From the NCBI GenBank assembly GCA_036491435.1, contig DASXBZ010000012.1, forward strand, positions 3,819 through 67,818: a DNA stretch of 64,000 bases, written 5' to 3'. This document shows, piece after piece, positions 57,735 through 64,000 of the stretch. This DNA is from Acidimicrobiales bacterium (GTDB lineage Bacteria; Actinomycetota; Acidimicrobiia; Acidimicrobiales; RAAP-2). Position 1 is the stretch's first letter. The number at the start of each line of letters is the position of its first letter. The notes under the pieces were generated by a model. That model was given only the letters and a program-made list of their open reading frames with translations. It was not told where the DNA came from and did no database searches. The translations under genes and the position numbers were made by a program.

Positions 57735-58912
57735 GCCACCACCCCCTGGGCCACCCATCGCGCCACCGTCTCACCGTCCACGCCCGCCTCCTTCAACAGG
57801 TGCTGGGTGTCGCTCTGCCCCGTATCAGGCAAAGCGACCACCCCGTCGGGACGCGGCATACCCGCCAACAAGGGTGCGAGCTGTCGGAGCTCGCCATGCT
57901 CCGGATGCGAGGCGGCCCCGACCACCCGCCGGGCCGAAAACTGGGGGTCGGCGACCACTTCGCTCACCTCGAGCACCGGCGCCACACAAGTGTCGGCACC
58001 GGCCAGCGCGGCCACCCACTCGTCGCGCGTCCGATCGGCGAACGCCTCCGCCAACGCCGCCCGCACCCGACCCTGCGCCTCGTCGTCGTACTGCAGCACC
58101 GCCAGCTCGCCGCACCCGAGCGCCTGGCACAGGTTGGCGAAGAACTTGCCCTCGATCGCCCCCACGGCCACCCACTTGCCGTCCGACGTTCCGTAAACCC
58201 CGTAGCAGGCGTAGCGGCCCGACAACACGTCGTGTCCGGGCCGCACATCAACACCCAACGCAAGCTGCTCGTCGATGGCGAGTGACATCAACCACAGCAC
58301 CCCGTCCGCCACCGACACATCGAGATACGCGCCCCGCCCGCTCGACGCTCGCCCCGCCAGCGCGGCGGTGACCGCCAACGCGGCGTGCATCCCGCCCGCC
58401 GCGGCATCAGCGATGGTCGCGCCCGGGATCGGCGGCGCGCCGTCCTCTCCCGGTCCGCTCATTGCCAGGTACCCGCCGACCGCCAGGTAGTCGAGGTCGT
58501 GTCCCGCCCACTGGGCGTGCGGCCCGTCCTGGCCGTAGCCGCTCGTCGAGCAGTAGACGATCCCGGGATTCCGAGCCGAGACCGCCTCGTAGCCCAAGCC
58601 CAACCGTTCCATCACCCCGGGCCGGAAGCTCTCCACCACGACATCGGACACCGCGGCCAATGCCAGGAACGCCTCCTTCCCCTCCGAGGCCTTCAGGTCG
58701 AACATCGCACGACGCATGCCGCGGTGGCCGCTGTAGGAAAAGAAGGGCGGCACGATCGGTTCGGCACCGGCCGCCGGTACCGGTCCCACCTTCACCACGT
58801 CCGCGCCGTAGCCGGCCAACAGGTGCGTGCACCGCGAAGCGGGCCCGACTGTCGACAGGTCGAGCACGGTGACCCCGGCCAGAGGCCCGGCGGCGGCAGC
58901 TGCAGCGGCCAT
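57731..58912 (-). CDS. class III (CaiB/BaiF-family) CoA-transferase
   Basis: LAGVTVLDLSTVGPASRCTHLLAGYGADVVKV, DVVVESFRPGV, catalytic-region GHDLDYLA. ATG 58912. Confidence 0.85.
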   Translation of the reverse strand: MAAAAAAAGPLAGVTVLDLSTVGPASRCTHLLAGYGADVVKVGPVPAAGAEPIVPPFFSYSGHRGMRRAMFDLKASEGKEAFLALAAVSDVVVESFRPGVMERLGLGYEAVSARNPGIVYCSTSGYGQDGPHAQWAGHDLDYLAVGGYLAMSGPGEDGAPPIPGATIADAAAGGMHAALAVTAALAGRASSGRGAYLDVSVADGVLWLMSLAIDEQLALGVDVRPGHDVLSGRYACYGVYGTSDGKWVAVGAIEGKFFANLCQALGCGELAVLQYDDEAQGRVRAALAEAFADRTRDEWVAALAGADTCVAPVLEVSEVVADPQFSARRVVGAASHPEHGELRQLAPLLAGMPRPDGVVALPDTGQSDTQHLLKEAGVDGETVARWVAQGVVA

Positions 58913-58916
58913 GACG

Positions 58917-60098
58917 TCAGAAGTTCTTGGGAAGCCCGAGCTTGCGCCGGGCGATGATGTTCTTCTGGATCTCGGAGGCACCGCCGCCGATGGTGTCGAT
59001 CACCGTGTAGCGGTAGGTCGACTCGGACCGTCCCGCCAAAGGCGCGTCTGGTGTCTTCACCCGCAGTTGCGAACCGGGTCCCGCGATGTCCATCGACGCG
59101 TTCGCCAAGCGCTTGGACAGCTCGGTCGCGAAGAGCTTGTACTCCGATGCCCACGCTGTCGGCGCCGCCCCGCCCTTCGCCGACTCGAACACGAAGCGCA
59201 GCCCGATCGTCCGCGCCACTTCGAGCTGTGTGGCCAACTGCGCCAAGCGCTGGCGCACCACCGGGTCGTCCTTCAACGGCTTCCCATCCCGCACGGTCGT
59301 CTTCACATATTCGACGAGCAACTCGAAGCGCTGCTGGATGGGCGAGATGGTGAACATCGTGAAGCGCTCGAGGTCGAGCGCCTCCGAGATGTACTGGAAG
59401 CCGTGGTTCACCTCGCCGACCACGTAGTCGTCCGGAACGAAGACGTCGTTGAGGAACACCTCGTTGGTGCGTTCGTCACCCATGGTCCAGATGGCGTTGA
59501 TCGTGATGCCGGGTTGGTCGAGCGGCACCAGGAAGAGCGTGATGCCGGCGTGCTTCGGCGCCTCGGGGTCGGTGCGGGCGCCCACCCAGTACCACTCGGC
59601 GAAGTGGGCGGAGGTCGTCCAGGTCTTCTGGCCGTTGAGTCGCCAGCCACCGTCGACCTTGGTCGCCTTCAGCTGCATGGAGGCAGCGTCGCTCCCGGCG
59701 TTGGGCTCGGAGTAGCCGACGGCGAACTCCACCTCGTTGCGCAGGATCTTGGGGAGGAACTCCTCCTTCAGCGTCTCGTTGCCGTGCCGGATGATGGTCT
59801 TGCCGACGATGCCGACGCCCTTGCCGATCTGGGGGCCGCCCCGGCCGGCCAGCTGCTCGTTGAGCAGGTACTCGTAGACGCCCTCGCCCTCGGAGCCCCC
59901 GTATTCCTTGGGCCAGGTCATGCCCAGCCACCCCTTCTGTCCGAGCGAGGCCATGAACCTCCGCCGCTTCGGGGTGTCGACGATCTGGGCCATGTTCTCC
60001 CGGGTCGGGTCGAAGACGTCGGGGTCGTCGTTGGCGTCGATGAAGGACTCGACCTCCTTCACGAAGGCCAGCTGCTCCGGTGCGAATTCGAAGTCCAC
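58917..60098 (-). CDS. acyl-CoA dehydrogenase
   Basis: GYSEPNAGSDAAS, KTWTTSAH, ALDLERF (helix-G Glu as in the IVD type), TIGGGASEIQKNIIA. GGAGGG RBS before GTG 60098. Confidence 0.9.
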   Translation of the reverse strand: MDFEFAPEQLAFVKEVESFIDANDDPDVFDPTRENMAQIVDTPKRRRFMASLGQKGWLGMTWPKEYGGSEGEGVYEYLLNEQLAGRGGPQIGKGVGIVGKTIIRHGNETLKEEFLPKILRNEVEFAVGYSEPNAGSDAASMQLKATKVDGGWRLNGQKTWTTSAHFAEWYWVGARTDPEAPKHAGITLFLVPLDQPGITINAIWTMGDERTNEVFLNDVFVPDDYVVGEVNHGFQYISEALDLERFTMFTISPIQQRFELLVEYVKTTVRDGKPLKDDPVVRQRLAQLATQLEVARTIGLRFVFESAKGGAAPTAWASEYKLFATELSKRLANASMDIAGPGSQLRVKTPDAPLAGRSESTYRYTVIDTIGGGASEIQKNIIARRKLGLPKNF

Positions 60099-60130
60099 TC
60101 CCTGCCCTCCAGATGCCCGGCCGGTTTCCG

Positions 60131-60151
60131 AATCTGACGGGTCGTCAGATT
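60131..60151. promoter_or_regulatory. perfect 9-3-9 inverted repeat AATCTGACG-GGT-CGTCAGATT
   Basis: Read directly. Sits 33-53 nt upstream of the ACAD operon start, in the 140-bp region divergent from the sortase gene. Confidence 0.45.
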
Positions 60152-60238
60152 TCCAGCAGCATCATAGGGCACTGCCTCGTCGGCCCTCTCTGAGCCTTTC
60201 CCGAGGCCGGCGACCCCCTGCCTCCCTGCTCATCCAGG

Positions 60239-61195
60239 TTGCGAGCGGCCTCCTACACTCGCCCCGTGGGACGGGGGGCCAGGATCGTCGTGCGCATCGG
60301 CGCGGTCCTCGTCGCCCTCGGGCTGCTCCTCGTGGCCTTCGTGGCCTACCAGCTCTGGGGGACGGCCCTCTACGAGGCCCAGGCGCAGTCGCACCTCAAG
60401 TCGGAGCTGTCCCACGAGCTGCGTCGCCCCCTCCCCACGAAGCTGACGGCGTCCCAGCGTCTCGGACTTCCGGCGATCGCCACGGTGACGGCACCCACCC
60501 GACCCGACCCCGCGCTCGACCAGCCCGTCGGGCTGCTGTCCATCCCCAAGATCGGCCTTCTCGACGCCATCGTCGAGGGCGTCGGAGAGGCGCAGCTCGA
60601 GCAGGGCCCGGGCCACTACCCCGGCACATCGATGCCGGGACAAGCGGGGAACGTGGCCATCGCGGGGCATCGCACGACGTACGCCCACCCCTTCTACAAC
60701 CTCGATGCGCTCTCCCCCGGCGACGACATCTACATCCTCACGGCACAGGGCCTCTTCCACTACACGGTGAACGGAACCCAGATCGTCGCGCCGACCACCG
60801 TCGGCGTTCTGAACACCGTTCCGGGGAAGTCGACCCTCACCCTCACGACGTGTAACCCCCGCTACAGCGCTTCGCAGCGACTGGTGGTGACGGCCGCTCT
60901 CGATGCTCGCCCGGCCCCTCCGACGAGCACGATCACCTCCACGACGAGGCCCAAGGACGCGGAGCTGGCGGGCGAATCGACCTCGTCGCTCGGCGGTTCG
61001 AGCTCGCCATGGGCGTCCGTCATCGTCTGGGGGTTGGTCACGATGGCGCTCGTCGTAGGGGCCTATCTCTTGTGGCGATTCTTAAGGCAACGGATTCTGC
61101 GGCTGGTGGTGGTGCTCACCGCCGTCCCGCTGTTCTTGTTCTCGCTCCTCACGTGCTTCGAGCACGTGAGCCTGGCCCTGCCGGGGAGCTTCTGA
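60239..61195 (+). CDS. class E-like sortase with extra C-terminal TM pair
   Basis: N-terminal TM IGAVLVALGLLLVAFVAY, GNVAIAGHRTTYAHPF, TLTLTTCNPRYSASQRLVV. C-terminal WASVIVWGLVTMALVVGAYLLW and LVVVLTAVPLFLFSLL. Start ambiguous (TTG 60239, GTG 60266 or GTG 60290). Confidence 0.8.
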   Translation: MRAASYTRPVGRGARIVVRIGAVLVALGLLLVAFVAYQLWGTALYEAQAQSHLKSELSHELRRPLPTKLTASQRLGLPAIATVTAPTRPDPALDQPVGLLSIPKIGLLDAIVEGVGEAQLEQGPGHYPGTSMPGQAGNVAIAGHRTTYAHPFYNLDALSPGDDIYILTAQGLFHYTVNGTQIVAPTTVGVLNTVPGKSTLTLTTCNPRYSASQRLVVTAALDARPAPPTSTITSTTRPKDAELAGESTSSLGGSSSPWASVIVWGLVTMALVVGAYLLWRFLRQRILRLVVVLTAVPLFLFSLLTCFEHVSLALPGSF

Positions 61196-61205
61196 ACAGA
61201 AACCC

Positions 61206-62144
61206 TTAGACCGTCGTCACCTGTTGCGTCGGTGGCGATTCCACAACCGGCAGTTCACCCGTTATGGGTTCGGTCGGTGGCTCTGGGTGATTGCGCCCGT
61301 GACGGCGTCGCATGATGTTGCGTACGGCAAGCAGGATCATCTGGACGAGCACGATCGCCACGAGCAGCAGTCCAACCGGCCAGATCGTCACTGGCACCTT
61401 GAAAGATGCCTGCTGGCCATCTCCGATGAAGATGTGCCCGTTCAGATTCATGTTCCCGACGGAGAGCGCCGGGATCGTCACGGACACTTCGTACGTCTTC
61501 GTCTCGCCGGGGCCGACCGGCGGAAGGTGCGTGTTGAGGACGGGCGTCGAATCCAAATCAGCGATCAAGTGAAGCGACGTAGCCGGCGCTGCACCGGTGT
61601 TGGTGAGAGTGAGATCCAGGGTCCGGGTGGCGGGAAAGCCAAACCAGGCGGCGACGGGAGTCGAACCGGCTAACTCGCTCTTTGCGACAACGAGGTGGCT
61701 CAGCGGGACCGTAGGTGGTGAAGCCGGCGCTGGCGTCGTGCTTGCGCCCGGGATGGAGATCGGTGTCGTGACCGCCAACGCGGTCGTGACCGAGAAGGCT
61801 GCGACAACACAGGGGCAGGCAGTGGGGGGAACGACGACGGTAAGCGGCACGCTGAGATTGCCGCTGGTATCTGCTTCGATCGTCGCCGACGCGACGCCAG
61901 CACAATCGGCCGAACCGTGCGTAGCGTTCTGACCGCAGACCTGCACCTGGAAGAGCGATCGCGCCGGAAACCCCGAGCCGGAGACTTGGACCGTCTGGCC
62001 TGACGCCGCAGTTGCAGGGGCCAGCGAGAGGCTCGGTTTGGCCGATGCTGCGTCGACAGCTCCGGTCGGTACAACGACCAGGACGACCAGCGCCGTGAAG
62101 GTCGCCAACAATGACCTCCACGACAGCCGGAAGATCCCGGTCAT
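61206..62144 (-). CDS. secreted, C-terminally TM-anchored two-domain beta-sandwich protein (paralogue A)
   Basis: Signal peptide ...VVVPTGAVDAASA. 4-Cys domain (VQVCG, SADC, PPTACPCVV). CARDB-like second domain (TLDLTLTNTGAAP...GPGETKTYEVSV). Anchor TIWPVGLLLVAIVLVQMILLAV-RNIMRRRHG. Confidence 0.7.
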   Translation of the reverse strand: MTGIFRLSWRSLLATFTALVVLVVVPTGAVDAASAKPSLSLAPATAASGQTVQVSGSGFPARSLFQVQVCGQNATHGSADCAGVASATIEADTSGNLSVPLTVVVPPTACPCVVAAFSVTTALAVTTPISIPGASTTPAPASPPTVPLSHLVVAKSELAGSTPVAAWFGFPATRTLDLTLTNTGAAPATSLHLIADLDSTPVLNTHLPPVGPGETKTYEVSVTIPALSVGNMNLNGHIFIGDGQQASFKVPVTIWPVGLLLVAIVLVQMILLAVRNIMRRRHGRNHPEPPTEPITGELPVVESPPTQQVTTV

Positions 62145-62593
62145 GAGGCTGGTAGGTGATTACAAACGTGCTGCAGGCCCAGGTAGCCGCCGAGGGTGCC
62201 GAACACACGGGCGATGCCGCTTACGTTCGCTGCGCCCTTTGACTTCGATTTCGCGCTCTTGGGCGCGGTCGTTGTTGTCGTGGTTGCCGCTTGCGCGACT
62301 TCACCACCCTTCACCTCTTCCGCGTACTTCTTCAGGGGCAGGTAACTCGCCGAACCCGCCTGACTCGCAATCTGCTGCATGTCGGAGCGCCAAGACGTGA
62401 AGTCTTTGGCGTTGTACGCCGTGGTTGCTTTAGCCACCAACTGGCAAATGGCGACATCACCAGCTCCGGGAGGTGGCGACGTGGTGGCGGCACTGTTGTT
62501 GCTCGTCGGTGAGCTGCCACATGCCGTGAGCGCGGTTGCGCACGTGAGGGCGGCGACGGCCGTGGCCAACCGGACGCCGAAGCGGCGAGTCAT
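62141..62593 (-). CDS. putative lipoprotein
   Basis: Lipobox ALTACGSS, Thr run TTTTTT and KSAKSKSKG. ATGA overlaps at both ends (62141-62144 and 62590-62593). Confidence 0.65.
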   Translation of the reverse strand: MTRRFGVRLATAVAALTCATALTACGSSPTSNNSAATTSPPPGAGDVAICQLVAKATTAYNAKDFTSWRSDMQQIASQAGSASYLPLKKYAEEVKGGEVAQAATTTTTTAPKSAKSKSKGAANVSGIARVFGTLGGYLGLQHVCNHLPAS

Positions 62594-63531
62594 TGGGAAG
62601 CTCCTATCTGGCTAAGTTCCTGAGGGGCATCGTCGTGCTTCCATCCGGGATCTACGCCTTGATCCTGCTCGCCGTCCCGGCGGCGGTACTGCGCTCCGAT
62701 GATGACGGCAAGCGCGAGCAGGACGGCCACCGCTGCAAGCACTCCGAGCACATAGAGGGCCCATGGAGTCGTGCTCGTCGAACTGGCAAGCCTGACTTCG
62801 AAGCCTGCTCCAGAGACGTTCCCGACGACGGGAAACGTGCCATCGGAAAACGTGGACAAGTCAAATGGCGCCGTGATCTGTGTGCTCTGTCCCGCGCCGA
62901 GGATGCGAGCTTGCGGACTCGTGATGACGAAATGGTCGCCACCCTGCACCCAATGCGCCACGAGGAGCGGCCGAATTGCAGTCGAACCTGCATTGCGGAC
63001 GCTGACGATCAGTTGCCTCGATGCCGCCGCACCGAACCATGAGGTCCAAGTACTAGTGGAGACCACGCGAACATGAGATATCCGAACTATGGGGAGAACC
63101 GTAGGAGGCACTTCGACGGGCGCACTCGAGGAGCCCAAGATCGTGATCGGCAAACGCTCCACCTCGCTCGGATATGCCTGGGTCACCATCACGATGCATG
63201 GACACGGAACCGGTGGAATCGTCACCACAAGTGACGTCTGAACTCCGCCATTGTCGGCAGGACCGAAGGACACAGCATGCGTAAGGTCGCAATCCGAACT
63301 CACTGAAACGACGCCGCCACCGCAGACGGCCGCCTGTAGTTGCCGGTCTTTCGGCCAATGTGCGCCTTCGACCACGACCGTCGAGCCTGGCGTGACGACT
63401 GTCTTGTCCAGGCTGAGTGCTGGCGGACCGGCTGCTCCGGCCGGAGAAGGGATGTGCGTTCCACACGCGATGACGAGCACTGTGCCCAAGACCCTAAGGA
63501 CGACACCTACCGCGCGGTTACGTCGGCCCAT
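62590..63531 (-). CDS. secreted, C-terminally TM-anchored two-domain beta-sandwich protein (paralogue B)
   Basis: Same layout as 61206-62144: AAVCG, SSDC, PPVPCPCIV, then LIVSVRNAGSTA. Anchor TTPWALYVLGVLAAVAVLLALAVIIGAQY-RRRDG. Confidence 0.7.
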   Translation of the reverse strand: MGRRNRAVGVVLRVLGTVLVIACGTHIPSPAGAAGPPALSLDKTVVTPGSTVVVEGAHWPKDRQLQAAVCGGGVVSVSSDCDLTHAVSFGPADNGGVQTSLVVTIPPVPCPCIVMVTQAYPSEVERLPITILGSSSAPVEVPPTVLPIVRISHVRVVSTSTWTSWFGAAASRQLIVSVRNAGSTAIRPLLVAHWVQGGDHFVITSPQARILGAGQSTQITAPFDLSTFSDGTFPVVGNVSGAGFEVRLASSTSTTPWALYVLGVLAAVAVLLALAVIIGAQYRRRDGEQDQGVDPGWKHDDAPQELSQIGASQ

Positions 63532-63537
63532 ACTCGG

Positions 63538-64000
63538 TTAGACACTTGATGTAGCCAAGTTGGCGGGTTCAGTGTCGCCGTCCACCGCCCCTCCGCCTGC
63601 TGCTGCTGCCCGACGCTTACGTCGCCTCCGGTACCAGAAGAAGCCGATAATCAACACGATGATGGCGATCAAGATCCATGGGATGACCCAAGCCGTCGCG
63701 GTCGCGCTCGTCGTACCAGCGCCGGATGTCACAGTCAGGTTTGCCGTCAGGCGAAGGAAGGCCTCCTTGCTCGACAGATGATAGGTGACAGTCACCGAGT
63801 TATGCGGGAGCAGGGACGAATAGATCTTGGGGGGAATGTTGGTGCTCGAACCGAGCAGCGGAGAGACACTGAGCTTCGCGGTCGGATTCAAGATTTGGTT
63901 TCCGGTATTGGTCACGGTGTAGGAAACAGTGGAACGGACCGGGCCACCGGCGTAGCCCGCAAAGCCCGAGGTGCCGATCGAGAGCTTTGTGATCGACAAG
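63538..64000 (-). CDS. C-terminal part of a TM-anchored surface protein (5' end outside window)
   Basis: Frame open to the window edge. Beta-sandwich-like VSYTVTNTGNQILNP...LLPHNSVTVTYHL. Anchor AWVIPWILIAIIVLIIGFFWY-RRRRKRR. TAA stop at 63538-63540. Confidence 0.65.
   Translation of the reverse strand, partial: LSITKLSIGTSGFAGYAGGPVRSTVSYTVTNTGNQILNPTAKLSVSPLLGSSTNIPPKIYSSLLPHNSVTVTYHLSSKEAFLRLTANLTVTSGAGTTSATATAWVIPWILIAIIVLIIGFFWYRRRRKRRAAAAGGGAVDGDTEPANLATSSV

Larger units (their letters stand above)
61000..64000. other. compositionally atypical lower-GC segment
   Basis: Hand counts of 60-nt lines give 55-63% GC (lines at 61381, 61441, 62941, 63001, 63061, 63181, 63841). Lines at 46441 and 47041 give 73-77%. 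Confidence 0.6.

Noticed and set aside
60239-64000. Sortase-dependent pilus operon
   Set aside because: No LPXTG/LAXTG sorting signals, pilin motifs or second pilus-specific sortase are visible. The neighbouring proteins end in plain TM anchors.

Overview
Gene-dense, very GC-rich segment (hand counts of about 70-77% GC on typical 60-nt lines). It looks like Actinomycetota chromosome: PASTA Ser/Thr kinase, MmpL/TetR pair, F420-type LLM oxidoreductases, DUF222-HNH protein, class E sortase, many GTG starts and 4-nt stop/start overlaps. I support about 60 CDS. I saw no rRNA, tRNA, CRISPR array, transposase or integrase.

Main blocks, in order:
- 453-4188: histidine kinase with two receiver proteins, one of them a REC-GGDEF-EAL c-di-GMP enzyme.
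- 4204-8933: IlvD/Edd dehydratase, then MmpL with a divergent TetR.
- 8930-21966: conserved core genes gatCAB, ligA, mnmA and iscS. About 5.5 kb holding a hydrolase, SCP2, MFS, HIT-like and PASTA-kinase genes sits between gatC and ligA.
- 22007-29302: aldehyde dehydrogenase, acyl-CoA synthetase divergent from a Sir2 deacylase, and a gamma-glutamylation module (GS-like, PuuD-like, SDR).
- 32777-35353: YceI and MarR around a strikingly AT-rich dyad region, then DUF222-HNH.
- 35423-42926: ileS, GNAT, MTHFR-like, HAD, Gpx, Qor and a second HAD.
- 42916-48763 and 55480-60098: two lipid or steroid-side-chain-like beta-oxidation loci.
- 60239-64000: class E sortase convergent with a lower-GC operon (about 55-63% GC) of membrane-anchored beta-sandwich surface proteins. 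The operon runs off the window.

Most interesting candidates:
1. The low-GC surface-protein operon, with a 4-Cys paralogue pair and an atypical sortase.
2. The only large non-coding gap (23372-23850). It holds five tandem 10-bp repeats whose core decamer recurs upstream of the kinase operon, plus a small signal-peptide-like ORF with good expression signals.

Everything rests on reading the sequence and recalled family motifs. No database search was run.
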